Shown: positions 40,860-55,086, counted from the first letter of the stretch. The stretch is 64,000 bases of DNA from the human T2T-CHM13v2.0 reference genome, Homo sapiens (GCF_009914755.1 NC_060927.1); one strand, 5' to 3'. The notes: generated by a model from the letters alone, not told the origin. A program made the numbers and translations.

Positions 40860-42010
40860 TTAGCATGAGTTCATTAATAGGTCACATGAGATTAACCTGT
40901 TTTTCCTATTTGGCAGACCAAAAGGCCACGTGTAATAGCTATGGAACATGTGACAGCTGCATTTTACAAAGTCTCTCTAAATAGCTTAGTTGATAATATG
41001 GGAAAACAAGGGAGATGACCATTTGACTAGTTGCATTTGTAATTTTTGAATAACTGTACACTATGCAATAGTCATTTATCTATGTATCAGTGGCAACCTA
41101 GAGAGAAATTTTCTTAATTATATCATAACATAATTTTATTAATAATTCATATAAAAATGTGAAAGATAGATATCCCAAATTTGTAGATGGTAGAAAGCTG
41201 GAAATTATTATGAATGATTTAGGACCAAATAAAGACCAAAAACATCTTCTCAAGCCAGCCTGAATACAATGAGATGAAATTTAAAGGAGACAATTTTAAA
41301 ATATTTCACTGAAGTCCAAAAACAGTTTGAGTTCTGGGTAGTGAAGGACACAGGGCTCAGCATGAAAGGTGAAAACATGACTTATGGTTTAAATCAACAG
41401 CAAGCCTGAGATAAATCAACAGTGAAATACAATGTCCAAAATTCCTAATATGCAATCTTGGGATATGTTGACGAACGTTTATCATTTTAGAGTGAAGAAG
41501 GATGATAGTTCTATTTGGCCAAACCCAGAGTTTTGTGTCCAATTTAGGGCACTACACTCTAGGAAGCCTATAAACTGAGCATGTCCTGAGAACAATAGTC
41601 TACCATATGATGTAAGCAATGATCAAGGAAATAGGAAATGATGGACACATGAGGAGAGAAAAAGACTTTGGGACCCATAGTTGTTGACATACAACAGTTA
41701 AAGGTTTGCATGGGATCAAAGAATCAGACTTGTTCGAGATAACTCCAAAAAGGTTATAACTCTAAGATAACTCTAGAACTAAGGCTAGGAGCAGAAAGGT
41801 CCTGAAAGGAGAATATTTCTGACATAGTTGTTGAAATATGAGCTACATTGTTTTGAAAGTTAATAATTCTCTTAAGAGGAATTCAAGAATAAGCCAGATT
41901 ATCTCTCAGAGGGGATGTCTGTATATGAAGGAGATTTAAAAACACAATGCATAGATGAATAAAATAACCATGAAAGTCTTATGTAACCTAATCACTATGT
42001 GATTCCATGA
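40860..42010 (+). mobile_element. L3/CR1 ancient LINE, RT region to 3' end
   Basis: CR1-like 'aaatttgtagatggtagaaagctgg', 'gatgaaatttaaaggagacaa', 'tgcaatcttgggatatgtt', 'ttttgtgtccaatttagggcactacac'; terminal 'tgtgattccatga'. Confidence 0.75.
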
Positions 42011-42460
42011 TCATATGGTACTTGTTTGAACTCTCATTTTGCTGAAACTTGGGGTGGGGGAAGGAAAATTAACAAATATGTAGAGGGAAATAAGACCCAC
42101 AGCTACAAAAGAATATTTGGAATCAATTTGGAAGTGCTTCCAAGAAGTTACATTTGGACAGTTTGGGTTGTTTTTTAACTTTGCATCAAACTGAAGATTA
42201 GATTTTATGATTTTATGAGTTGCAGGGATATTAAATTTTTTACATTGTTTCTTCCACTTGACATTCATAAGAAATGATAAGCAACTGAAATGAAACTAAT
42301 AAACAAATACAATGTTAAATACAGTGAGAATTTCTCATTAGACATAGTGGGAGCTTTAGAATTTTGTTGAAATTTAGGAAGAGAAAATAAATTAAAATTT
42401 GGAAGGGGGAAAAAGAGAGTATACTGGTAGTTGGGCTCAATACTGATCAACATATTGATA

Positions 42461-42520
42461 ATTCTCCAGAATAATCAGTGGAAAATCAGTGAGAATTCTC
42501 CACTGATTATTTTGGAAAAT
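42461..42520. repeat. 26 bp inverted repeat with 8 nt spacer (23/26 complementary)
   Basis: attctccagaataatcagtggaaaat-cagtgaga-attctccactgattattttggaaaat. Confidence 0.9.
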
Positions 42521-43433
42521 TAAGATGGAAAAAAATCACCTTAAATAGTGTAATAGTTAGCATATAAAACAAGATAATAAACTAAAATAACAAAGGAAAT
42601 GTACATTGATACAAAAACGTGTATAGAACTGCATGGTAAGGAAACTGAAGACCATCAAAATCTTGTCAATAACAATTGATTGCACGCCTTCTCTAAAAAG
42701 GATCGGCACTCAGTATTGCCAGGAAATCATCCCAGAATCAGATTGCTCTGGACTGATAGAGCCCAACTGGTTAAACAGCTAAAAATAAGCAATCAATTCT
42801 TAAGCTGAAAAGTTCACATGCCCTGCGGGTAGAAAATGAGAGTGCCAGACACAAAAAGAACTCAATTAAAATTTCCCAGACCTTGTGATTCTTGGTGCCA
42901 CAATCAACATCATGTAGTGCAATGATATGCTGTGTGATATATCATGCACGTATACATACACACATACACACACATAAATACATACACAAACATGTGTATA
43001 GGGCTATATGTAAACACATGCACATACTTTTTTCTGCCAATTCCTTTTTCTTTAGCCTCACCACTCAAGTCTACACTGGGAATAAAAATGTAGATCTTGC
43101 ACATACATAAGTAAGCCTTCAGTCATGGAATTCATTCATGAGTTTACAAAGTGCAAATATATCATAACTACACTAGAAGTTAACAGTCTTATGGGCTCTG
43201 TCATTATAGCTTAACTAAATCTAAAAATCCTTCTGGGGAATATTCAGGGAGGGCTGTAAGTCAAGGTAGTCACCTAAGCAAAGGGGGAAGCATTTCCTCC
43301 AGGGATTTGGAAGGACACTTGGTAAAAGTATATTCCCTACCATCTAAATGTCTTCATATCAGACATTTTGTCATTATCATTCTTTTTAAGCTAAGCATTG
43401 TCTTCCTCCTATAAATTTCTTTGAAAATCAAAG

Positions 43434-43575
43434 AGATAGCATTAGGAGATATACCTAATGTTAAATGACGAGTTAATGGGTGCAGCACACCAGCATGGCA
43501 CATGTATACATATGTAACTAACCTGCACGTTGTGCACATGTACCCTAAAACTTAAACTATAATAAAAAAAAAAAA
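43434..43575 (+). mobile_element. Very short 5'-truncated L1PA3/4-like 3' end
   Basis: 'gatagcattaggagatatacctaatgttaaatgacgagttaatgggtgcagcacacc...' plus poly(A); perfect 11 bp TSD gaaaatcaaag at 43423-43433 and 43576-43586. Confidence 0.95.
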
Positions 43576-44003
43576 GAAAATCAAAGTTCCTAAAGTATGG
43601 GTTAAATCATTAAGTTCTAAAAGCTAAATGTCAATTTGATTATCAATTTCTTTCCTAATCAGCAAAGAGAGAGAAGAATGGGTGAACCCCAGTTATACGT
43701 GACAATTGTCAAGGGAAAGAAGAGAAGGGTCTAAAAGATAAAGGGCGTGAGAAGATGAAGTAAATAGAAAATATCTCTGACAAACTTCACTTCCCTTCAT
43801 ACCTTTGCTCCAGCAGATTCTGACCGTCATAATGATCATTCCCCAAGTCATCAAGCACAATGCAACATGATAGAGCTGGTTATACCTTAGCAATAATCAA
43901 AATAAACCAAGCTATGAAAAATGGCTTAATCTTTTCATTTCAGATTAACTTTAAAAAGCATTCTAAAGATAATTCCTCCTGTTGATCAATTCACTTTTAT
44001 TCT

Positions 44004-44318
44004 CTTGTTTTTTGTTTTTTTGTTTTGTTTGTTGTTCTTGTTGTTGTTTTTGGAGACAGGGTCTCACTCTGTCATTCAGGCTCACTGCAGCCTTGACCTT
44101 CCAGGCGCTAGTACTCTTCTTACCTCAGACTCCCAAGTAGATGGGACTACAGGTGCATGCCAATGCAGCCAGCCAGCTATTTTTTTTTTCTGAATTTTTG
44201 TAAAGACAAGGTCTTACTATGTTGCCCAGGCTAGTCTTGAACTCCTGACCTCAAGCGATCCTCCCTCCTTGGCCTCTCAAACTGTTAGGATTATAGGAGC
44301 AAGCCACCGCACCCAGCC
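44004..44318 (-). mobile_element. AluJ with a small internal deletion
   Basis: AluJ diagnostics 'gagacagggtctc', 'cactgcagccttgacc', 'ctatgttgcccagg'; the 'ggagtgcagtgg' segment is missing. Confidence 0.9.
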
Positions 44319-44409
44319 TCACTTGTTTTTTAAGAACAACCCCAAACTGGCATATTCATCAATGCACCTGTTGTATTACAGAGGTGATTTCATGTGGCAA
44401 TCTATAAAA

Positions 44410-44650
44410 ATTTCTCACAAATATCACCTTCTCCATGAAGCTTTCTCTGATTCCCCAACCCAGATCCCCAATCATCACTCTTCATGCTACTTGAGGGCTC
44501 TGTTAGCTCTTCCATTAGAACTTTTTTCATGGTATTTAACATTTAAACTTACCACTCCAGTTAGAAAACAATCTCTTTGATGTTCCCAGCACCTAGCCCA
44601 GAACCTGGCACAAGGACGGTGTTTAACAACAGTGTGACACATGAATGATC
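44410..44650 (+). mobile_element. L2 3' fragment
   Basis: 'caaatatcaccttctccatgaagctttctctga...cccagcacctagcccagaacctggcaca...atgaatga'. Confidence 0.7.
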
Positions 44651-46553
44651 AACTACCAAAATACTTGTTACATTGTAAATGTGTGTTCTTTTACTATCTC
44701 CCTGACTATGAGCTCCTTGGCATATACCCTTAATTATAGAACAGGCCTGTTCAACAGTGATGCTTCCTCCAAAGTATCTCTTTTGGGTCAGATGTAACTA
44801 CCTTATCTTTGATAAATAGTAGGTAGTGATCCTGCACCACCAGGAAGATGGATTAGATGACTTCTCTGGGATTTTCCTACACAGAACCATTTCAGAAACA
44901 TTAACAAGCAGATATTACACTAACTGGAAATTCAGGCAGCAATTAAAATGTCTTCTTTCCATCACTGCCTTCATTTAATTCTTACAGAAATATCAATGTG
45001 TTTGGGGAGGTCCCAAGGAAATGAACCAAACCTAGTTAGTCAGAACAACTCAATCCTCCTTTCTTTTGAGTTTATATCCTCTAAGTCTACGGACCGATGT
45101 AAAAATCATTTCCCTCCCGGAAAAGAGGCTGCTTCTGCCAAGCCAAATAGCAGGCACAAAAGTAAATGCAGCTGGGGCCCTGGCTCTGCCTCCAGGCCCT
45201 ACCTTTGGCAATAAGCATTTTCTACCTCTGCATCCTGCGCCTTCCACAGGATGCTCAGTAACCTCTCATGGAGCTTCCAAGTTCTTTGGCAAATGCTCAT
45301 CATGGCCAGTTGGATTTCTCTTAAAGGGTTTAAATTTTTCCACCCTACCACCTATTCATGAAGAAATTCAGAAATTATTAAGCTTCTGGAATCAATGGCT
45401 TCTTTTTTATATAAAAGAGAATATCTTACCATGCAATCTCTGACTAAAATAGTATATACTTTAAGTGTCAACAAATGTCAGTGTTCACTTTTGGATGGTA
45501 CTAGATACTTTAAGTACTTGTAGTAGGACTGAAATGTAGCAGGACTGAAACTTGTAGTATATATGACAATTCGGAAATATCCTACACTTTTTTGCCATTG
45601 TCTATAACTTTTTTTCTAGAACATCTTTTTAGGCAGGAGGGAAAACAAAACCCTTCTTTTTCAAATTAGAATTACTTCCTTTGAGTTAATTCAGTCAACT
45701 GTGTCTCACTTATTTAGGAGTTTCTCCCTTCTGCTCCATCTTCGAAAGATGGCATCTACATAGTGGGGAGACTCTGCATATCCTCCATGGCTGTTTTCTT
45801 CCCTGTCTACCATATAGCAGTAGATCTGGTCTTGCCCTTAGGAATCCTTCCTTGGTATCTGTTGAAATGAAACCAGTGCCTGGCATAGATCAGTTTAACA
45901 CCTTCTGCCACTTCCTTGTCCTGTTTTTAGTGCTTAGGTGTCTACTTGCCAAGGGATACAGAAATATTTAGAATCCCTAAAGGCCACACTCAGACAACAG
46001 GTTACCAGCACATCACGTGTGGCCTATCTAACCTGGCTGCCATCATAAGACTCCAATACATATGGAAAGAAACAAATTCTATAAAGGGCTGACTTCAGTG
46101 TTCCCTGTTTGAGAAGTGAGGAGCAAGCCTCCCTATGCTGGGAGTTTCCCAAAACTATCTGGGTATTTCTGCCTTTCACTCCCACTCCTTAGGGTTTTGG
46201 CCAAGAGAGGAAAAGTAGGACAATAACAACTGATTTCTTGTTTCTCTTCCTCTTACCTTTTTCTCTTTATGGGAAAACAAAACAAGTAAAAACAAAAACT
46301 GAAGTACCTTGATGAGAACTTTCCTTAAAACAGACTCCAATATTTCCATACAATGGCTTACAACAAAACTCTCTGAAGGAAGTATGCCAGGATTGGTTTT
46401 TGATATTTACTGTGGGAGAGAGTTAGACATTTAATAAATTCTTTTCTTTCTCAAAAAAAAAAAACTAGATATCAAAACCATTCTAATACCGTGGACTCAA
46501 AAACTCATCTTTGAGACTCATTTCCAAGGCAAAAACCTTCTTGGCTTAATCTT

Positions 46554-46857
<304 letters not shown>

Positions 46858-46908
46858 TAGTCTTAATGAGAGGAGGCCTAAAGGAAAAGATCATTTAAGA
46901 GTGAATGA

Positions 46909-47307
<399 letters not shown>

Positions 47308-47989
47308 TTATTTTCTACCATGTAGTCTACTATAAAGAGTTAATAAAGAGACATAAAATGGAAAAAGGCTTGACAAACTATAAATAAATAGAAATAATTT
47401 CCCTAAAAACATCTGGATGTGATTTTTTAAGGTAAAACTTGCAATTTATCAATAAATAAACTCAACCAAAATGTCTTGGGCCTATCATATGCCAGGCACT
47501 GAGGATAAAGAAATAAATAAAAATCAAAGTCATAATCATAGCCATCTTCATGCTTGTTCCTGATTATATTATTCTATTATTCCTTTTAAAATCTAACGAA
47601 TACAGACACATACTTATACATAGATAAATATTTACATCTACATTCTGTACTAGCAGCAAGGGAATGATAGTAACTTTCTCTTTTTCAAATACTGTGACAA
47701 GAAGGAAAAAGTATTTATAACCTTATACATAGACAACAAATTGAAATTGAAATTTTGGGCAACCTGCCCAAGGTCGCTGAAGTTATAAGTTGAGACTTAA
47801 ACCCAGCTCACTTGACAATCAGTCTGCTACTTCTTCCACTGCACCATTCTGCATCTCCTTGTAACCAAATATATCCATGAAATAGTTTAATTTTCCCCAA
47901 GGAGTCAGGAAACATATGATTCAGAACCCTATATATTGTAAGCTGGTTCTAGGATAGTTATGGGACTGAAAGGGACAAAGATAGATTCC

Positions 47990-48341
47990 CTGTCCCAGTG
48001 TATTCTGCACACTGCTGCCTGCCAGGTTAATTATGTTTGACCCTTGTTTCTTAGTATTTTTATACGAATAGAACCTCTGTATTTTAGCTAGACACCTGCC
48101 CTCTCCATCCTGCTTTCCTGTAGCAGTCATATGGAAACAGAAGCAAGCTGTCATGGACCATGTGAACAAGAATGAGCCCTGGGGATGGTGAAGTAATAAG
48201 ATGGGAAGATACCAAAGCCCTGACTCTGTGGAGCCAATCTACCAGCCTAGACTGTTAATAAACTGAGAAATAAACTTTTATCTTGTTTAAGCCACTCTTA
48301 CTGATGGTTTCTGTTAGACCAGCTGAACCTTTAATTAATAC
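47990..48341 (+). mobile_element. MLT1 (MLT1J-like) LTR fragment
   Basis: 'gagaaataaacttttatcttgtttaagccact...ctgttagaccagctgaacc...taatac'. Confidence 0.7.
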
Positions 48342-48379
48342 GTTTATCTTCCCTAATCACTCTTTAACATATGTTGACA

Positions 48380-48680
48380 TTTAGATACCATTGACAGTTC
48401 TCTATTGCCTACAGAATGAAATCCAAACAGCATTCAAGGGCTTTTATAATCTGGCCAACACTTACCTTCCTCTCATTACTTCCTCTACTTCTTTTCTCCC
48501 CAGTCAGACATGGATTCATTGTTTCTTGAACATTCCTCCACTATCCATCCTCCCCAAAGACTCTCCACAATGAACTCTAATTTCTGAAACCCTCTTTATT
48601 CTTTCAGTGAACTCTTTACAGCCCACCTTTGAGCCCACAGTATCCTATGCCCAGAAAATGCTTAATAAAGATTCTTTTGT
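48380..48680 (+). mobile_element. L2 fragment
   Basis: 'ctattgcctacagaatgaaatccaaa...cattcaagggcttttataatctggcc...tgcttaataaa'. Confidence 0.65.
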
Positions 48681-51039
48681 TGAAAAGGGGAAGGCAGAGG
48701 AGGAGGGTAGAAGAAAGAGGAGGAAAAGGAGGAGGGGTATAGGGGGGATATAAGAAGAAAGAGTAGGAGAAGGGGAAAACAATTGGAAAGGTTGACTATT
48801 GTGTTTTATTAATGTTGATAATGTTCAGGAGCAATATATGCAATGGGTTCAAAAATAAAATGTAAAGCTCTGAAAGCATGAGGAGAAGTCTGTGGCCATA
48901 AGCATGTTTTGTATATTTTTATGAACTTTCTATTTGAGTTTTTTTTATTTATTTCTTTGGAAAACAATTAGGCAAGTGAGAAACATTAAGAAATTGGTTT
49001 CCACTCATTTATTGAGCTATTTTCTCCTCACATAGCATAATTTGAATAAACCACAAATTAATTTTCTATCAATGGTGCCAAAATGTCTTTGAGCATTTTA
49101 GGATTCTCGGAGTGGCTATTTGAAACTTTATTTATTTTTCAGCATATTGCTGAAATAAAAATAAAAATCTCAGCATATTGTTATATTTGAAAGAAGCTCC
49201 ATTCTGTCTTCATTTAGGAATTTCTGTGTTGTTTTCCCCAAAACAAAACAACAGCTGTGTCTAGGCAACATACAAAATTATCAGGGAAAGTTGATTTGAA
49301 ATATTGAAAAAGATAAGGTAGGAGCATCAGCAAAGAATCCTATGAAAAAATGTAAATTCATAAAAAGGAAAATTTCATGAAGTTTTATAGGTTATACAGG
49401 TTATATCGTTTATTATAGGTTAACTAAACATATTAACTTCAATCTCTGTGTAAATAAGACTGAGTCACCGGAATTTTTCTTCTAGCTTTAAATTTCCATG
49501 TCTTTATCCCCAAATATATATTCCTAAGTATTCCCAATACTCTTGAAGAGTACAACCTTATGAGTGAGAAGTTATCTCTAGTTTTCCCAAATAGCAAAGG
49601 CAACAGGTGTCCCTCATGGTAGCTAACAGAAGTAAGTACTATATCCCTCTACATACAAAGAATGGGGCTTCCTTTGTCAAGCAGTGGACCCAAAGCAACT
49701 GTATATGCAGTCTCCTTGGTATCAGATTTAGCCTGAGGATAAAGATAGTGTGAGCCAGTTTAGGGGAGGGGCAGGTTAATCCTCTTGCTCTCTGCAGCCA
49801 GGAAAAGGGCAAGCCTTGTAGAGAGAAAGACCTAATGTGTATATTTTATTGTGTTGCTATTACAGTCTGTTACATACCTTGAACTGGAATGTTTGCATCC
49901 CACCCAAATGTTGGATCATCAAAAGCAGACTCAAGTCTGCTTTGGATTTGTATTTTCCAGGCCCACTACACTTGTACCATGGTTTACTGAAATATGAATC
50001 AAAGATACAAACACCTTACACTCCCTTCTCTACCAGATCGAAATTATGATTATTATTTAATGCCAAGAACTCTTGTCATGTTACTCAAGCTACTTTTCGA
50101 ATAACAACAATATCTTACATTTGTGTCAAATTTTGTAGTCTCAAGTTCATTATTTCATAATGCAGGTGCAGTTTCTGTGTAATTCTCTTGTTAAATCTTT
50201 GAAAAATGTGTCATCTCATGTTGCGAATGATTTTATTTAATACACATTTAATTAAATAAACCTTCATTAATTGAGCACCTACCTTTCAACCTCATGTCAC
50301 CCTGTAAACATATTTACAAATGTTCTTCCATTGCAGCCTCAGACAAATGGAACATATCGTAAATCCCATGTCTGTCACATGAATAAACTATATTACTCTA
50401 CATGATGTTTCCAGTAAAAGAAAGGAGGTTAAGAACACATCTAAGACAATTAAGATTTGGACAACTATCAAAGGTTTTCCTTGAATGTGGTTCCATAAGT
50501 TGGGGTAAATTTAAAAGTTTTTTCTGCTTAAATAGCTTCCCATTTCCAATTACTAAATATGCCATAAGAGAGTTCTTATGTCATGTTGCAAATACATTAT
50601 CAAAACTGTATAAAGAGCATTACTTCCTTTTACATAAGGGAATACCCTCCCCTGATACTTTGGGTTTACATTAATCTTCTTATGGTTCCCACAGTGAGAA
50701 GCTATCCTTATGTGCCCTCAGCTTTTGTAACTACTTGCTACCCACTCTTCTTGTTCCACAGGCACGCCTTAAGGTCTTTTAGCCAACATTTACTTTTGCC
50801 TCCCAGTTGACCCTTTCCCTGGAATACACCCTTGTCTCATCTATTTCTCCCAGACAATCTGCTCTTCTCCATAGTCAGTATGTCCAAACAACTCCAATTT
50901 GTATTCCATGACCTTTCCAACAACCCACACACCCTCTTAAATGGATGTTTTACTCATACGATCATGATGCTTTTCTTGTTCCCCTATGAGTCTCTGTATT
51001 AGTTTAGAGGACAGTGCCCCAGTTTTTTAATTATAGGAT

Positions 51040-51245
51040 TAAGAACTAAGATTCATTGGATGCTGCAATGTGCCAGGTACCATGATAAAAATTTCATTTA
51101 AGCTCCATTACAATTTTTGGAGGTTAGTATTAACCCCACTATATGGATGAGAAAACAGCCTTGGACAGTTTAAATAACTTGTCCAAATGTGTTGCTCATG
51201 ACAGGTCAAACACAGACTTTAACTTGAATCTATCAGACTCTGTAT
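51040..51245 (-). mobile_element. MIR
   Basis: 'atgtgccaggtac...gaggttagtattaacccc...gatgagaaaac...ttaaataacttgtccaa'. Confidence 0.75.
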
Positions 51246-51269
51246 CATTCATGGTGTAGCCAAGAACAT

Positions 51270-51765
51270 AATGCCTGTGTTTTTTAACTCAGAAATTCAA
51301 GAGGGAGTTTACCATAGGGTATTAGTCACAAAGGTGTTAGAAGATCCCAAAGAGTAAATATTGGAAGAGGAAGCAACCAAGAATTTTCAACTGGAGGCTC
51401 TATCATCCCCAGAGTTGGACAAACAAAGGAAGAGATGAGGTTACTAAAGCTCAGGATGTATATGCCGTAGAAGCTGAAATGAAACAGACTCACACGGTGG
51501 GAGTTGGGGCCATGGAAGAACAAGCTGCCTGGCAGGAGCTGGAGCTTCACAAGAGACACAGTCACTACTAAAAGCAAAGAGATATGGAGGCAAGCACCCT
51601 AGGTTATCTCTTCCTCCCACCCTCCTATCTCCTACCAGTGCCCTCCAATGCCACTTCTAGGGAGAAGCTGATTAGCAAGGAAGTCTTGGAACTAATTCAC
51701 AAGAATAGCTTCTCTCCAATACAGATAGGGATACAAGGGAAGGAACTTGAGAATAAACAGGCAAA
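51270..51765 (-). mobile_element. Old ERV LTR (LTR33/LTR78-like)
   Basis: 'tcttcctcccaccctcctatctcctaccagtgccctccaatg...gcaaggaagtcttggaa'; colinear similarity to 61098-61622. Confidence 0.6.
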
Positions 51766-53262
51766 GGCTCACTCAACTCCAAAGCTCATGTTAACCTCAT
51801 TAAGCTATGTCGCCTACACTCCAACATTTACTTCCAGTAGTGTTAACTGAGTGTAGCCTGCAGCTGTGACAAAAACAAGCTATCCATTTGCCAATATCAC
51901 AATGCCTTTTCTGTATCTTAAGCATTACCAAGCACCTCACATAGTGACTAGAACACTGTGGGCACACTGACCATTAATTTGCTTTTTTCACCTCTCAAAT
52001 GTTGACTAAGCCAATCAAATCATCTATAGGAAGAATAACTGTAGGCATAAGGAATGGATCTCAAGTAACTAAATACCAAAAAGATAGAAAATTCTTTTCC
52101 ATGATACAAGAAAGACAGGAGACCAGCATAATTTTTTTTCAATTTTGGCCTTTATGTAACATTGTTTTATGAATTTATTGCTAAATCAGTTTGATGGCGC
52201 AGATGGCCAGATCACTATGCAAGCCAAAATGCTATCTAGGTAGCCTGAGAGGCCTTTAGACAGCTGACTGTTACTTACTACCTAGCCCCAACTTCTCTCT
52301 TTCTGAAGAGAAAAGGTCAACACCACTTTAATGCTGTAGAAAAGTCACTTGCTCAGCTTTTGGTACAACAATTGATATTATTTTTGGAATTCATTACTTC
52401 TCAAGTGTCCTTTATTTAATCTATTTCACATTCATAAGGAGTATGAAATCCAAAACCAGCACAGACTCAATTATCCTCATTACTCGCTCTTAAATGTAAT
52501 TCCCTAACATATGGAAGAGGGAACATTTTGGGAAAACATCAATGGGTCTGAAGTATCAGGGTGACAAAGTTCTCAAAGTTGGATATTCATCCAAACATAT
52601 TTAATCCCCCTCATTATAAAAATTACACTAGACATTTCATGAGAACCATCTTACTAGCAGAATTCTAGGTATTTCCTGTTCCCAAGGGCAGAGAAATACT
52701 GCAAAATCAACATTTTTAAAATGACATTTCAGTACTGTCTCTCTTGGCTGAAAACAGAAAAAGCAAGAGACACATAAAAATAAAAAAGAAAAAAAGATTA
52801 ATTAAACATTTTCAATGCTTAAATAGTTGATTTTTATGTTAACCTTTATGCAAATTTGTATTTTATCCAAATGAATTTGCTATCCTTGGTGACAACATCA
52901 TGAATACATTAAACACATCTGCTTCCTCTAAGTTTAATTCTTGCACAATTACTATAAAGAGAAATGAGTATTACCATTTCAGTGTAAAGACCAAGCATCA
53001 TTTGATTCAACTGTTTGGCTGTTTCCGCATTTTAGAAAAAAAATTCTATCTTCTATCACTCATTTTGAATACAATCTTAGATAAGCTCAGTTGAACTGGT
53101 GGCAGAGTGTAATGTTTATTGAAGTCTGTGAAATGAATTCACTTTGAATATGATCTCTTGGTCTGAAAGTTGAGTATCAAGCCAGCATAAACTCTTCTAG
53201 CAGTAAAGTTATAAATTTCTCTCAATTTGAGAAACTCCCACCGCACCACCACCACCACTCAT

Positions 53263-53311
53263 AACACACACACACACACACACGTGCACACACGCACACA
53301 CACACACACAC
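53263..53311. repeat. (CA)n microsatellite, interrupted
   Basis: acacacacacacacacacacgtgcacacacgcacacacacacacac. Confidence 0.9.
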
Positions 53312-53364
53312 CCTCTGTCACATTACCTAGAAGCCTCCTCCTATAAAGTAGAGCAGGATGCTCC

Positions 53365-53800
53365 TTTGTGTGTTTGTTCTCAAATCTATTCTTCCCTGGC
53401 ACCATGTTTTGCTCTGTAACAAGGATGTGCTGACTCCTGCAGGCTGCCTTCCCCAAGTTCCCAGTGGGCCTCTGGCATTTGCTAAAGAGAGGTAACTTGT
53501 GGGGAAATTGGAGAGCAGGAAAAAAGGAAATGCCCGATATTTCTACCTCTCTGTTTTCTTCAGGCTGTGTCTCCAGCATGCCTTCATGGCAGGAAAGGCC
53601 AAGCCACAGTTCCAAATTCCACTGGATGACCCTCAATCCCTGGGATCCCATAAAAATGTCCCTCCCTTAGTCTCTCTTGGCATGGCTTTCTTTGTTGCTA
53701 ATCTCTGGGTTGCCTCTCTATCTTCTGTTTCATTTCTCAGATCTCTCATCATGCATATAATCAAGTCCTTCTATTAAGCTTCCACTATTTTACATACTCA
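53365..53800 (+). mobile_element. Old ERV LTR (LTR33-like)
   Basis: 'tgtttgttctcaaatc...gctgactcctgcaggctgccttcccc...gggaaattggagagcagga...atatttct'. Confidence 0.55.
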
Positions 53801-53919
53801 GGGAGTTTCCTGCGTTCCTCCTTGGAAACTGACTAATATAGTTTCAATCAAAGCTGACAAGGATTATAGTTCACTGTTTTCTGTTACTTTTAACATTTGC
53901 TTCTTAGAAACATAAACTG

Positions 53920-54038
53920 TGAGAGAAAGTAAAAAAAGAAAGGAGAGAAGAGGTGAAGAAGAAAAAAAAGGAGAGGAGAGAATGGAAGAGAAAAAGGGAG
54001 GGTGGAGAGGAGAGGGGAGGAGTAAAGGAAAGGGGAGA
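53920..54038. repeat. Purine-rich (GA) low-complexity tract
   Basis: Almost all A/G over ~115 nt. Confidence 0.85.
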
Positions 54039-55086
54039 TAACTCTCTTCCTACCTGCCTACAAAGGTTCAGTGTGGTTCTCTGTGGAGATTACTATGTGG
54101 GTCTTTTTGTTTCTTCCCCATTTACCTCGAAATGGAATGGATTTGGACAATATTGGCTAAAACATTCTCCACCCCTCTGCAGAGTCTCTGCTCTTCTTGT
54201 AATCAGAACAACCCAACCCTCAACACAATCCCCACCAGAAAGCCACTTCTCATAGCAAAGATGGGAATAGTCCATGGCTGACTGATCCATCTGAGGTTCT
54301 AAGTCAGAAGCTATCTCTGCTCTGCCCCTTGTCATGGAGAAGCAAGAGCCTGGAGTGGCCAAGGACTCCTCAAAAAATTGAAGAAGCTCAGTTGCTTAAA
54401 GCAGCAGCATGATATCCTATGATGCACAGACTCAGGCCTGAGAATCCTCATTTCTGGCACTGCTGGCCCGGAGAACTCCAACACGCCTGCCAAGGGAGTT
54501 GCCTCCAGAAGCTCCCAAAACTTACAGTCTGCAGAAGGCATGAGCATTTCTCCCCAACTCAGCGCTTCACTTTCCACCTGGGCTCCGAAGAATCTCTGCT
54601 TGCCAGAATCTCCAACACTCTCTTGAATAGCCAGTTCTTTCACACTCACTTCTCTAACAATAGGAATTGAAAACAGTCAACTGAAGCAAATGAGAGTGGC
54701 CATCCTCATCTTCTTGCTTCCGCCTTCCCTGTTCAATCCTACATCTGCTTTCCCCCAACGCCAAAACAAAACAAAAATGACAGGGGATATCAAGAAATGT
54801 AAAAAGTTCCTTAGCAGTAATGAGTAAAGCAACTATAAAGGACAGACCTTCTTTAGGAAGTCATATGAGATTCAACCTCAGACCTCCATATATTTCTGCG
54901 TTCTGAGAAAAATGAGTGTGTACATATGAGTGACATCACTCTATGTACAAAGTGCCATGGGACAACATGGAAGAGAGAAGCCAAGCCTGCTTCAGAGGCA
55001 TTAAAGATGAGCCTCTGTCCACACTCCTGCCGCAGCCAACAGATCAAGAACACAAGCGTCAAAAATCACATTCACTTTGGCTATAG

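Noticed and set aside
42930-43030. Alternating purine-pyrimidine stretch giving a His/Ile-rich ORF
   Set aside because: Decayed (CA/TA) microsatellite; the ORF composition is an artefact.
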